Source: an uncultured Methanosarcinales archaeon
Lineage (GTDB): Archaea; Nanobdellota; Nanobdellia; Woesearchaeales; CALCXY01
Assembly: GCA_964385185.1 (NCBI GenBank)
Contig: CAYLOA010000011.1
Span: 1 to 36,943, forward strand
Direction: 5' to 3'
DNA length: 36,943 nucleotides
Shown piece after piece: positions 1-9,503 of the stretch. Position numbers and translations under genes: made by a program. The notes beneath the pieces were generated by a model. It worked only from the letters and a program-made list of their open reading frames with translations, made no database searches and was not told the DNA's origin. Position 1 is the first letter of the stretch; every line of letters starts with the position of its first letter.

Positions 1-312
1 CAAGTTGATTTCTATAATTTCAATACTAGGCATCCTATTTTCACCCTGCATCCAGTAGTATGGAATTTCCATATGCATTTCATCTCCTTGATGGGTGTAG
101 GTCATAAATCATCCACTTAATCCTAAATCTCGAATACCTTGGGTTCCCACCTCAAGGAGACATTGTTGGACATATTCACTAACGGGAGCACTATCCATCT
201 CTATGGAAGGTGCTACCGGAGAATCTACTCGTACAGAAATTAAAAATAAGATACCAATAGCTCCAATAACACCAAACAACATAAACAGTCCTATCTGGCC
301 TTTCTTCACCAT
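1..312 (-). pseudogene. Class III signal-peptide (type IV pilin-like) surface protein, interrupted by an in-frame TGA at 109-111; runs off the window edge
   Basis: N-terminus MVKKGQ followed by a hydrophobic stretch. The frame stays open past the TGA (...LGLSG*FMTYTHQGDEMHMEIPYYWMQGENRMPSIEIIEINL) to position 1. Confidence 0.65.
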
Positions 313-485
313 GATATTTTTTGCCTCCCTTTTTTAACAGGAATAACTACAAAACCTTTACCTTCAGGTGTATCAACTTCACGTATAGTCACTTTAGAAT
401 TTTTATCAAGTTTGAGAGAATCAATTATTTCTTGAGGAATATTCAGCCTATGCTGATAGCCGTTTTTAACTATTTTCCTCTCCAT
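306..485 (-). CDS. Small AbrB/MazE/SpoVT-like DNA-binding protein, 59 aa, below the ORF-track cutoff
   Basis: Translated by hand: MERKIVKNGYQHRLNIPQEIIDSLKLDKNSKVTIREVDTPEGKGFVVIPVKKGRQKISW*. Contains an xxIPxEI pattern, has a TTTTATAAA box upstream, and its stop overlaps the next ATG (ATGGTGA). Confidence 0.65.
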   Translation of the reverse strand: MERKIVKNGYQHRLNIPQEIIDSLKLDKNSKVTIREVDTPEGKGFVVIPVKKGRQKISW

Positions 486-527
486 ATAAGTACTTATAAG
501 TACTTATTTATAAAACTTACCTAAAAT

Positions 528-1601
528 TCATTCACCAGTTATATCCTTCAAAGCAGCCTTTATCTCCTGTTCTGCATCATTAAATTCAACTTCAGCCTTG
601 ATTAAATCATGATTTTCAGTAACTACTTTCCTCTCTTCATCCATATTAATAGAAGGAATACTTTTCTCTTCTTTACCCATCTGTTCTATAAGAAACATCT
701 TGTCTTTAATCTTGGCAGCAACTGCATCAAGATCCTTTCCTTCTCCCGGTTCTCCTAACACATCGATTCCATCATCTTCATATCGTGCCAACACTTCAAC
801 ACTAAATAATCCTTCCTCATTATCGTCACTCAATCCAGTTTTGAGAATAATATTACTTCCTGCAGCCCCTAATCCTTCATAGACGGCTGTTGCACATAGT
901 GAAGCACAACTCCAGAGATGAAAACTACTCATTTCATCTAATTCTTCAGCTTTTAACGGCTCTTGATAATAGATAACAACATGACCTTTAGTTTGAGGAT
1001 TTTTACTCATCATAACCAAAAGTTTTTCATCTTCATAGACAAGTTGTCCTTCTTTTTTTATATCCGTTAAATGATCTGCAGTATCCACCTGTCCTGTATG
1101 CCACTCCATAGGATTTCGCTGAAAATGATTATTCATCATAATGGGAATGTTCTTTGACAGTAATTGATAGGCATCATCCACTTCTTTTTTGTCAGCCTTT
1201 CCTTTTTCAAAACCATATTTATCAAAACCATCCTTATTCTCTCTGGGAAACAAATGAACTAAGAAATGAGGACTTTGCTGTCCAGCAACTCCACCGTTGG
1301 CAATCATCACATTACACCCTGTTGAGAGCATACTCTCCTTCAAGGCGTTAACTAAGGAACTCATCCTGCTAAACATATGTTTGAATGTTTCTGGTGGTAG
1401 AAAGGGTAGAATAGGATAATGTTCTTTAGGCAAAAGTAACATATGACCTTTAATTCTTGGATTGATATCTAAGATCCCAATCATGAGTTCATCTTCATAT
1501 ACTTTCTTAGATTCAATCTCTCCAGAGATGATCTTACAAAAGGGACAATTCTTCTTTTGTTCTTCTAATTGTGCTTGTACTTCAGGTGGAACGTTAGACA
1601 T
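528..1601 (-). CDS. Tandem (two-domain) HIT-family protein with a degenerate histidine triad
   Basis: CPFCKII...VYEDE...LDINP...GHMLLLPKEH; second repeat VYEDEK...PQTKGHVVI; triad region reads HFLVH. Confidence 0.85.
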   Translation of the reverse strand: MSNVPPEVQAQLEEQKKNCPFCKIISGEIESKKVYEDELMIGILDINPRIKGHMLLLPKEHYPILPFLPPETFKHMFSRMSSLVNALKESMLSTGCNVMIANGGVAGQQSPHFLVHLFPRENKDGFDKYGFEKGKADKKEVDDAYQLLSKNIPIMMNNHFQRNPMEWHTGQVDTADHLTDIKKEGQLVYEDEKLLVMMSKNPQTKGHVVIYYQEPLKAEELDEMSSFHLWSCASLCATAVYEGLGAAGSNIILKTGLSDDNEEGLFSVEVLARYEDDGIDVLGEPGEGKDLDAVAAKIKDKMFLIEQMGKEEKSIPSINMDEERKVVTENHDLIKAEVEFNDAEQEIKAALKDITGE

Positions 1602-1642
1602 AGAGATAATTCTAGAATACTAGTATAAAAAGGTTGGTTTGA

Positions 1643-2491
1643 CTAGGCAAGGTAAGGCATTCCAAGATCTGCCAATAGTTTAAAATCTGGATACATTTTT
1701 CGAATATTAATCTCATTAGAAACAGGTGTTCTAGAAAGTCTACTATGGGTTGACAATCCATCATGAAAAATGAGGACATCTCCTCCCCTATACTCTTGGG
1801 GAAAGATATGCTTCGGTGAAGTGTCGAATGCAAATTGAGTGTAATCATTTATGGTAACCTTTCCATCGGCCAAAAAAGGAATTGCTGCTTTAATTTTAGG
1901 GTCATATTTTGCATTTCTATATGCATCAAGTATACGATTCCAGAGTTTGCCCCAATCTAAACTGCCTCCGCTTATTTCTGCATAGTAGTCCATCATGCTT
2001 TCAATGGATATGTAAGGCTGTTCTTTAGAATTTTCAACATTAAACTGTCGTAGTGGATCTATATAGATAGATGCTATTTTCTCAGGTTCTCCAAGAAGAG
2101 TTAAAGGTGCCCCTTCCACAAATTCATTTCCTAATGCATTGCATAAAATAACAATTGCTGGCTTCTCCGTTGAGGAATCTTGATGCCAGAAAAATGGAGA
2201 TATACTAGTTACACTCCTACAATAGTCATAATGGGTAACCCGATGCTTTCCTCCCAAAAATTCTTCTAATGTAACTTCAGTATTAGATACATTTGGGTCT
2301 ACTTCACATTGAGTATCAGAACCACTCACAGAAATAAATCTCCTTGTACCGAGTTCTTGATAGGTTCTCATGGCATTCTCGTTATTAAATAAAGATGCAA
2401 CTATATCTTCACTACAATCTCCAATAATACGAGTACCCCAACCAGGTGGAACATTTATCTCTTCAGTTTCATACTTAATTAACGGATGCAT
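1643..2491 (-). CDS. Putative TauD/TfdA-like Fe(II)/2-oxoglutarate dioxygenase, paralog 1
   Basis: WHQD (HxD) motif plus distal GDVLIFHDGLSTHSR, matching the TauD GDxxxxDN...HxR pattern. Confidence 0.6.
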   Translation of the reverse strand: MHPLIKYETEEINVPPGWGTRIIGDCSEDIVASLFNNENAMRTYQELGTRRFISVSGSDTQCEVDPNVSNTEVTLEEFLGGKHRVTHYDYCRSVTSISPFFWHQDSSTEKPAIVILCNALGNEFVEGAPLTLLGEPEKIASIYIDPLRQFNVENSKEQPYISIESMMDYYAEISGGSLDWGKLWNRILDAYRNAKYDPKIKAAIPFLADGKVTINDYTQFAFDTSPKHIFPQEYRGGDVLIFHDGLSTHSRLSRTPVSNEINIRKMYPDFKLLADLGMPYLA

Positions 2492-2527
2492 AGAAATAAG
2501 GAATAATGATTGATTTATAAAACCTAG

Positions 2528-3385
2528 CTATGCAGCGTCATGATACATATGTAAGGGAAGACCTAATTCCTTCCATACATCAGAATCCGGTTTAAATCGA
2601 AAAACATGCAAGCTGTCTTTCTTGAAGTTGTTACATACTCTTGCGTGTACCATAAAATTATCTACAAAAACCAATGCAGATTCTTGTTTATAAGTTTGGG
2701 GAAATATAAAATCTTTACCGTTTTCACACATATCTTTAAGCATTTTGTTACAATTTTCAGAATTCACAATCCATTCAGGGTGTGGAAAATCTTCTAAAAA
2801 TCTATGGGGAATATTTCCGAAATTTTTCATAGTTGAGCCAAGCCCATCCCAAATTCTTTCAGGGGGGTATGAACCTTGCCTAATGCTTTCAGCACGATTC
2901 AACCAAGCTTTTCTAACATATTTAATAGATTCATGATCTGGTATTTCAATTCTTGCTTTTTGTTCTACTTCATGTATGGGATCTGATATATAATTAAGCA
3001 TTGTTCTACTTGGAGCTAGAATTGTATTTGCACTATTCCGATAACTTCTATCCTGACCGTGTTTGTACAGTACAGTAATTAAGGGAAATTCATGATCACC
3101 ATCATGGTGCCAGGATAATGGTTGATTATTTTTCCCGCTTCGAATTAATTCACTGAATGAATGGCGTATCCTAATTCCATCAAATATTTGAGTATAATCT
3201 ACAAGGGTATAATTTTTCTCAATACTAAAATACCAATATTCTCCTAACCATTCGTAGGTTTCAACAGCATTTTCTTCAGAAAATAACTCTTGTATGATAC
3301 TAGACCCACCAGAACCAACTATCTTTAATCCTTTTCCTAAAGGTACATTTATCTCTTCTGTTTCATATTTATCTAAAGGATGCAT
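2528..3385 (-). CDS. Putative TauD/TfdA-like dioxygenase, paralog 2
   Basis: WHHD and LVFVDNFMVHAR motifs. N-terminus MHPLxKYETEEINVPxGxG is shared with paralog 1. Start moved to 3385 by paralog alignment and TATA spacing. Confidence 0.6.
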   Translation of the reverse strand: MHPLDKYETEEINVPLGKGLKIVGSGGSSIIQELFSEENAVETYEWLGEYWYFSIEKNYTLVDYTQIFDGIRIRHSFSELIRSGKNNQPLSWHHDGDHEFPLITVLYKHGQDRSYRNSANTILAPSRTMLNYISDPIHEVEQKARIEIPDHESIKYVRKAWLNRAESIRQGSYPPERIWDGLGSTMKNFGNIPHRFLEDFPHPEWIVNSENCNKMLKDMCENGKDFIFPQTYKQESALVFVDNFMVHARVCNNFKKDSLHVFRFKPDSDVWKELGLPLHMYHDAA

Positions 3386-3407
3386 TAAAAGAGGATTCCA
3401 CATACAT

Positions 3408-3415
3408 TTATAAAA
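3408..3415. promoter_or_regulatory. Probable bidirectional TATA box
   Basis: Palindromic TTTATAAA lies 22-23 nt from both divergent ATGs (3385 on minus, 3437 on plus). Confidence 0.6.
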
Positions 3416-3436
3416 TTGAGTATTTTACTAATAAGA

Positions 3437-3883
3437 ATGATCAAAGTTGTAATTATAGATTGGGCGAGAACTCTTTTTGAAGTTGAGAATGATGCTCTCT
3501 ACCCAGATGCTATACCTACTCTTGATTATCTAGCAGACAAATACCAACTTGCTGTTTGTTCTTTGGCAAAACGAGAATCTCCCGATAGCAGAAGAAAGTT
3601 AATAGAAGACCTAGGATTAAACAAATACTTTGAACTTATTCTAATCGATCCTGAAGATAAAAACAAGTTATACGAACAAGCTCTAGAACATTTCAAAGTT
3701 CCACCAGAGGAAATAGCCATGCTTGATGATCGAACCGTAAGAGGTATCCAATGGGGAAACGATAAAGGCTGCCAGACTTATTGGATACAACAAGGTAAAT
3801 TCAAAGACGAATTACCAAACGAAGAGACAGGACAACCTACACAAACACTTTCTACAATTGGAGAGATTAAGAAGTACCTATGA
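3437..3883 (+). CDS. HAD-superfamily hydrolase
   Basis: VIIDWARTL motif I, LYPDA, Lys of motif III, MLDDR motif IV. ATG at 3437 preferred over the upstream TTG. Confidence 0.8.
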   Translation: MIKVVIIDWARTLFEVENDALYPDAIPTLDYLADKYQLAVCSLAKRESPDSRRKLIEDLGLNKYFELILIDPEDKNKLYEQALEHFKVPPEEIAMLDDRTVRGIQWGNDKGCQTYWIQQGKFKDELPNEETGQPTQTLSTIGEIKKYL

Positions 3884-4530
3884 CAAACATCCCAGCAATA
3901 TACAACATCTTAGAAAAAGAAGTTCCTAAATGGAATGTTCCTGTTATTGAACTCATAGAATTACAAACAAAAGATCCATTTAAGGTATTAGTAGGCACTA
4001 TCCTATCAGCACGAACTAAAGATCAAACTACTGCAGCAGTATGCAAAAAATTGTTCAAAGTTGTAAAAAAACCTGAAGACTTTAACACACTTTCAGAAAA
4101 ACAGATAGAAAAGCTCATCTACCCAGTAGGGTTCCACATAACAAAAGCTAAACACCTCAAACTCCTACCATCAGTCTTGAAAGAAAAATTCAACAACAAA
4201 ATACCACAAACAATAGACGAGTTAATAGAACTCCCTGGTGTTGGCCGAAAAACAGCCAACCTAGTGGTGGGAGTTGCCTTCAAAACTCCTGCCGTCTGTG
4301 TCGACACCCATGTCCATAGAATATGTAACAGATTAGGATACGTAAAAACATCCTCACCATTCGAAACAGAGATGGCTTTAAGAAAGAAATTAGAAAAGAA
4401 ATACTGGATTCCCTTAAACACCTACATTGTAGCCTTTGGCCAAAATCTCTGTAATCCTATCTCTCCAAAATGTTCTATCTGCCCTATTAAAGAATACTGC
4501 AAACAAATCGGCGTAGAGAAAAAAAGATAA
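3880..4530 (+). CDS. nth: Endonuclease III
   Basis: ILSARTKD, HhH motif LPGVGRKTAN, VDTHVHR, and C-x6-C-x2-C-x5-C 4Fe-4S loop. Confidence 0.97.
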   Translation: MTNIPAIYNILEKEVPKWNVPVIELIELQTKDPFKVLVGTILSARTKDQTTAAVCKKLFKVVKKPEDFNTLSEKQIEKLIYPVGFHITKAKHLKLLPSVLKEKFNNKIPQTIDELIELPGVGRKTANLVVGVAFKTPAVCVDTHVHRICNRLGYVKTSSPFETEMALRKKLEKKYWIPLNTYIVAFGQNLCNPISPKCSICPIKEYCKQIGVEKKR

Positions 4531-4536
4531 AAAAAA

Positions 4537-4938
4537 TTAAGCCCAAGCGGCCAAGATTCCACCCATAAGTGCAAGGTTTACCAAGCTAAAGAGTGTATTC
4601 AAATAATACAATCCTTTTGGTTTACCTTCCCACAATACAGATCCCATTTGAGTGGTTGCTAAAAATCCTAACCAAACCCAAAATCCAACTACAGCTCCGG
4701 CGCTAAACCCAACGGTTCCCAGTTGACCAAGTATCATAGAAAACACATACGCAGTTACTAAAGAACCCACGAAAGCAATAATCATATTCTTTTTGCCTTC
4801 CTTCATTCTTTTATCTGCGTCCGCTTTACTCCAGCCCATAAATCCTAGCCATTGTTTTCCAAAGACAGGACCATACCAAAGCATTCCTAATATTTGAGCA
4901 ACAACTGCTGCTACTATCAATGCAATTGCGTTTGTCAT
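4537..4938 (-). CDS. DUF1761-like four-TM membrane protein
   Basis: LGMLWYGPVFGKQW motif, four hydrophobic helices, GGGTGA SD-like sequence before ATG 4938. Confidence 0.75.
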   Translation of the reverse strand: MTNAIALIVAAVVAQILGMLWYGPVFGKQWLGFMGWSKADADKRMKEGKKNMIIAFVGSLVTAYVFSMILGQLGTVGFSAGAVVGFWVWLGFLATTQMGSVLWEGKPKGLYYLNTLFSLVNLALMGGILAAWA

Positions 4939-4989
4939 ATAAATCACCCAAGAGCTATTTTGAAATTCAATGTTATAAATGTTTGGATC

Positions 4990-5352
4990 TCAATCAGGAA
5001 GATTACCATAATAAAATACTTTTACAGAAGCTTCAAAAGTTTCGATACATTGCTCTTGCGTAAGAAATTCCAGATTATTATTTGTAAAATACAGTGGATC
5101 TCTCTCTACTTGAACAACTAAGAATGAACTATGGCCAGGACCTGCCCAGAACTTTACATTTTCACCAGGAAATGGTTCCCACTCAGTTCCACGATAAACA
5201 GTGAATCGATCTGGTCCTAAATTTTCTAAGGTAGTAACCTCTGTCCGATTGATTCCCCTAAACAAGTACTTTTTTTGAGCAATACCTTCATGATCCAAAT
5301 CTCCAACGTCCAATAAATATGGATATTCTTGTTTTAGTTGATCGAATAACAT
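4990..5352 (-). CDS. Hypothetical protein
   Basis: 120-aa ORF co-oriented with its neighbours; no family recognised. Confidence 0.55.
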   Translation of the reverse strand: MLFDQLKQEYPYLLDVGDLDHEGIAQKKYLFRGINRTEVTTLENLGPDRFTVYRGTEWEPFPGENVKFWAGPGHSSFLVVQVERDPLYFTNNNLEFLTQEQCIETFEASVKVFYYGNLPD

Positions 5353-5377
5353 TAGAAATAAGGTTATACTCTGTTAT

Positions 5378-6292
5378 TTAAATAATCTCTTTTGCCAATT
5401 CTTTAACAGTAGCAATAGCACTCGTAAAACTCTTTTTATCATCATCATTTAATTTCAAAGTTACAATCTTATGAACTCCTTCTTTTCCTAACATAACAGG
5501 TCTTCCCAAGAATACTCCATCATCTTCAGAAAAGACACAGCTACATACAATTTTATGAGAATCCGTCAATATTGCTTCCACCATAATTCGAATACTCTCT
5601 CCAGGAGCATAGTAAGCACTTCCAGATTTTAAGAGATCAACAATTTCAGCTCCACCATTTTTAGTCTCTTCAACAACATCTTCAATCTCTTGAGGAGACA
5701 ACATATCGGGGAGAGTTATTCCTTTAATAGTAGAATACTCAGGTAAAGGTACCATATCTTTTCCATGCATACCCACAACTGTTGTCTGAATATCTTTGTA
5801 ACTGACCTTAATTCTTTTTTTGATTTTTTGAGCAAATCGCAGACAATCTAATTGCCCACCCATCCCCAATATTTTTTTCTTATCTACATCCAAATATCTT
5901 GCAGCAGCTGCAGTAATTAAATCTAAAGGATTAGAAACAGGAATAATAATAGCATCTGGTGCGTATTGTTTTACTTGTTCACACACAGATTTTAGAATTT
6001 TACAATTAACATCAATTAAATCCTCTCTGGTCATGTCTGGCTGTCTCGGTTTACCAGCAGTAATAACCACAATTTCAGAACCTTTAATCTGAGAAAAATC
6101 ATCTGTACCTACGACTGAGGTATCAACTCCAACTGCAGCCATACTTTGTGCTAAATCTACCCCTTTTCCTTTGGTTTGGTCTCCAAGAACGTCTACTAAT
6201 ACGACATCAGCTAAACCTCTTGTAGCAATGGCCTGAGCAGCAGCTCCTCCCACCATACCAGCACCAATAATAGAAACTTTAGGCATATCCAT
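5378..6292 (-). CDS. mdh: Malate dehydrogenase (LDH-like MDH)
   Basis: IIGAGMVG Rossmann motif; TAGKPRQPDMTREDL carries the MDH-type Arg; VSNPLD; G-HG. Confidence 0.9.
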   Translation of the reverse strand: MDMPKVSIIGAGMVGGAAAQAIATRGLADVVLVDVLGDQTKGKGVDLAQSMAAVGVDTSVVGTDDFSQIKGSEIVVITAGKPRQPDMTREDLIDVNCKILKSVCEQVKQYAPDAIIIPVSNPLDLITAAAARYLDVDKKKILGMGGQLDCLRFAQKIKKRIKVSYKDIQTTVVGMHGKDMVPLPEYSTIKGITLPDMLSPQEIEDVVEETKNGGAEIVDLLKSGSAYYAPGESIRIMVEAILTDSHKIVCSCVFSEDDGVFLGRPVMLGKEGVHKIVTLKLNDDDKKSFTSAIATVKELAKEII

Positions 6293-6320
6293 CGGAATAT
6301 CCCATCATTTAAATATATTT

Positions 6321-6842
6321 CTAATGAAAACTAGCTTCAAAGGGTAATTCTTTTTTAGTTTTAGATCTAATCTGACTTTCAGTCATCCAAGGATGGGCAA
6401 TATGATTCAATTCATGTCGTTTCACTTCTTCGAATTGATTACCATGGAGTGTATCTCTAATATATACAACATTAGTTCCCATAAATGCACACCCTAACAC
6501 ATTATATCCTAAAACCGTCTGTGGCACTCTGAATATTTGCACATCTGATGGGACAAAGGTATACCCTGCAGCTAACTCTTTTTTCTTCGAAGGAGAAATG
6601 TAATTGTAATAGACAGGAGCTGGAATTTTAACATTAAACTGCTGTTCTTTCTCTTTTAGTTTATCTTCTTCATCAAGAACATGAAATTCTTCTTCACGTT
6701 CTCGCAAAACAGCTTGATCAATCTCTTGTTCAATGGCTTTCTGAATTTCCCTATGAGGTTTGGGAACTAATTCCAATATTTGCATCACTTCTTCTAATTT
6801 CTTAAGTGATTCATAACAACTTTCCAGAGAGTTAAACTGCAT
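6321..6842 (-). CDS. Hypothetical protein with a C-terminal HEXXH (zincin-like) motif
   Basis: VLGCAF...VYIR...RHELNHIAHP; coiled, acidic N-terminus. Confidence 0.6.
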   Translation of the reverse strand: MQFNSLESCYESLKKLEEVMQILELVPKPHREIQKAIEQEIDQAVLREREEEFHVLDEEDKLKEKEQQFNVKIPAPVYYNYISPSKKKELAAGYTFVPSDVQIFRVPQTVLGYNVLGCAFMGTNVVYIRDTLHGNQFEEVKRHELNHIAHPWMTESQIRSKTKKELPFEASFH

Positions 6843-6875
6843 ACATAATAATCTTAGAATAAACTATAAAAAACC

Positions 6876-7391
6876 CTATGACTTAATTGTCTCAGGTGGA
6901 CGAACCTGAAATGGAGCTCTCCAATCAAAACGGTGATTATTTGCAACATAATCTTTAGAAGCTACATGCATCAGTTTTTTATTTATGTCCATCCAAGAAT
7001 ATGCATCCTCTGTGTCATTATTATCTGGAAGAAATCGATCTTGTGCATATTTCCAAACATCACTTTTTGTACTAGAAATCAACCCTATTCGGGTGATCTC
7101 TTCCACATCAACTAACCAATCCAATAAATTCTTAGTAGCATCATGGATAGTTTCTCTATATCTCACATGATCTTTAGTAAATTGCTCAATAACTTGACCA
7201 GTATATCCAAAAACTTTATCTCGGGTTCTCGTCATAAAAGTATTTTCAACTAAGACTACACCCATACTTTTTTTATTAGAATTATCAGAATTTCTTTTTC
7301 CCATATGATATGTATAATCATCTCCACAGCCTGTCACAACTGTTGATGCTACATATCCAACTATCCCTACTAGAGTAATTTCAGCAAACAT
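6876..7391 (-). CDS. Hypothetical protein with a hydrophobic N-terminus
   Basis: 171-aa ORF; TATA-like box about 25-32 nt upstream of ATG 7391. Confidence 0.55.
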   Translation of the reverse strand: MFAEITLVGIVGYVASTVVTGCGDDYTYHMGKRNSDNSNKKSMGVVLVENTFMTRTRDKVFGYTGQVIEQFTKDHVRYRETIHDATKNLLDWLVDVEEITRIGLISSTKSDVWKYAQDRFLPDNNDTEDAYSWMDINKKLMHVASKDYVANNHRFDWRAPFQVRPPETIKS

Positions 7392-7426
7392 AAACAAAGA
7401 AAAATCAATACTGCTTTTATAACTAC

Positions 7427-9106
7427 CTATTTATGTCCAAACCAGAATACGAGTTCCTTTTTCTTCATATCTTTACTTACTAACCGACAAAATCCAAATC
7501 TTTCTAATTGAACGACAGTTCCCACCTTTACAGATTTCAAACTCATCTCACCTAATCCAGAAATAATCTTATTATCAGGCATTAATACTTCAACGTTGAG
7601 ATGCTCTTCAGGCAACCAATGCATAATGTGTTTTCCAGATTCTTTATAGATTTCATATCCTGGGCTATCAAAGACATACTTTTTTCCTTTCTGTTTAAAA
7701 TTAAGACAATCCATTAATCTATTTAATTCTCCAGATTTAAAACGAGCAACATCATCTTGAGCTAAATGGAAAACATCAGTAGTAGAAAACTTCCTTCCAC
7801 CTTTCTTATGCTCAGGGTGAAGATCTAATTCAATCTCCTCAGAAGGAGCTTTATCTATCTTCACCTTAACAGGATTAGCTACAAAGAAATAACGATAAGC
7901 TTTATCATCAATAAGATCTTTATTAAAAGCATTAATAGATTTAAAATAATCCTCTCCACTCACCTTCTTATCGGTTAAACTGACACCTACATCGTTCGCA
8001 TATTTAATAAAAGTCTCAGGTTGATATCCTCTTTTTTTCAAAGCTTGTAAGAAGGGCAATCTAATATCATCCCACCCTACATACTTTCCTGCATCAATGT
8101 CCTTACGAGTTTGAGAAGCACTCACCGGCATGTCTTGAAAGTTAATCCGTCCAACAAATGAGGTTTCAGGAGCCTTTTTCCCCAAATATCCATACATGAT
8201 CGCTTGTCTCTTAGCATTATCTGCATGATCTTTAGCCCTGATGACATGGGTAACTCCCGATTCAATATCATCTGCTGTAACGGCCATATTCATCAAAGGC
8301 CACACTCGATATTTATTTTTCTGTCGTGCATGCACATCTTCAGATATCCTAAACACAGGAAAATCTCTCATGGCTGGATTTTTATCTTTGAGATCTGTCT
8401 TAATTCGTCCAACAGCTTCACCCATGGCATATCCATCAAACATCTTTCTCCACCGAGAAAGTTGATCATCCATCTCACGACAAGGACATGCTTTACTCTT
8501 ATGTAACATTTCCCTAAACTTCTCAGGATCACAGGTGCAAATATACGCATTCCCTAATCCAATTAATCGTTCCATATAATTGTAGTAAATCTCTAATCGA
8601 TCTGATTGAATTAAAACTTCATTGATTTTATTCCCCGTTAACCATCGAGCATCCTCTTCCAATAACTCATACGCTTGAGGGTAAATATTGGAAGGATTAG
8701 TATCAGCAATTCTAAGTATCATCTTACCTTCATATCGTTTAACATATTCCGCATTAAGTCCCATAACATAGGCATGTCCTATATGCATTGATCCAGAAGG
8801 TGAAGGCTCAAATCTCATAACAACATTGCCAGGTCTTACACCTTTCAATTCAGGCAATTCTCTTATCTTTGGCCCTTCTTTCTTCTCTAACAATTCAGGA
8901 GCTTTTTCCTCTAATTCTTCACGTATTTTTTCTGGAGTTAACTTAGAAATATCCTTGATGACTTCCTGGACTTCTTTTGCTATAGTTTTAATTTTAGATT
9001 TTCGAGAACTATCTTCCGCCAACAATTTACCAATAACTGCTCCAGGGTTAGCTTTCCCAAATTTCAAAGCATTTTGTAGAGCATACTTCCTAATCGTTGC
9101 TTTCAT
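7427..9106 (-). CDS. gltX: Glutamyl-tRNA synthetase, archaeal type
   Basis: KYALQNA..FGKANPG N-terminus, RFEPSPSG.HIGH, AYICTC, THVIRAKDH, QLERFGF. Confidence 0.97.
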   Translation of the reverse strand: MKATIRKYALQNALKFGKANPGAVIGKLLAEDSSRKSKIKTIAKEVQEVIKDISKLTPEKIREELEEKAPELLEKKEGPKIRELPELKGVRPGNVVMRFEPSPSGSMHIGHAYVMGLNAEYVKRYEGKMILRIADTNPSNIYPQAYELLEEDARWLTGNKINEVLIQSDRLEIYYNYMERLIGLGNAYICTCDPEKFREMLHKSKACPCREMDDQLSRWRKMFDGYAMGEAVGRIKTDLKDKNPAMRDFPVFRISEDVHARQKNKYRVWPLMNMAVTADDIESGVTHVIRAKDHADNAKRQAIMYGYLGKKAPETSFVGRINFQDMPVSASQTRKDIDAGKYVGWDDIRLPFLQALKKRGYQPETFIKYANDVGVSLTDKKVSGEDYFKSINAFNKDLIDDKAYRYFFVANPVKVKIDKAPSEEIELDLHPEHKKGGRKFSTTDVFHLAQDDVARFKSGELNRLMDCLNFKQKGKKYVFDSPGYEIYKESGKHIMHWLPEEHLNVEVLMPDNKIISGLGEMSLKSVKVGTVVQLERFGFCRLVSKDMKKKELVFWFGHK

Positions 9107-9173
9107 AAAACTAAAGGTAAAGTTTAGATATTTAAGTCTTGTCTAAAGTGTGTGACGTCTTTGTTAATCGAGC

Positions 9174-9215
9174 CACCACAACAACAGGTGCCCGAAGGGC
9201 ACTGTTGTGGTGACT
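9174..9215 (-). repeat. Bulged-hairpin element, copy 1
   Basis: Minus strand: AGT-CACCACAACA-GTGCCC-TTC-GGGCAC-CTGT-TGTTGTGGTG (10 bp + 6 bp stems, 3-nt loop, 4-nt bulge). Confidence 0.85.
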
Positions 9216-9227
9216 TGAAAATGCTGC

Positions 9228-9269
9228 AGTCAGTACTACTGCACACTGTGTGTGCCAGTAGTAGTACTG
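9228..9269 (+). repeat. Bulged-hairpin element, copy 2, inverted relative to copy 1
   Basis: AGT-CAGTACTACT-GCACAC-TGT-GTGTGC-CAGT-AGTAGTACTG. Confidence 0.85.
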
Positions 9270-9503
9270 CCATCTCCTTCAAATTCAAAAACCACTTACA
9301 GTCGACAAACAATCCCTCTAACAAAACCTTTATAAGTGAGCAATTCATAAAAACAGTATTACTCAAAGACCAAGGGGATTACTTTCTTAATTTGTTGTTT
9401 ATTTGACAACCATATATTCAGATTTCTCTACTTCATTTAAATACAAACGTTTATAAATACCCAAAAAAAGCTTATTTCTATAGAATTTATATAATTTATA
9501 CAA

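Noticed and set aside
9174..9269. Hairpins as a CRISPR array, SECIS or integron attC sites
   Set aside because: Not identical direct repeats with spacers and no cas genes; not in 3' UTRs of the TGA-containing genes; no RYYYAAC/GTTRRRY boxes bracketing the stems
9124..9406. Overlapping 80- and 84-aa ORFs, including a Cys-rich one
   Set aside because: They are by-products of the GC-rich hairpin elements; no recognisable protein features
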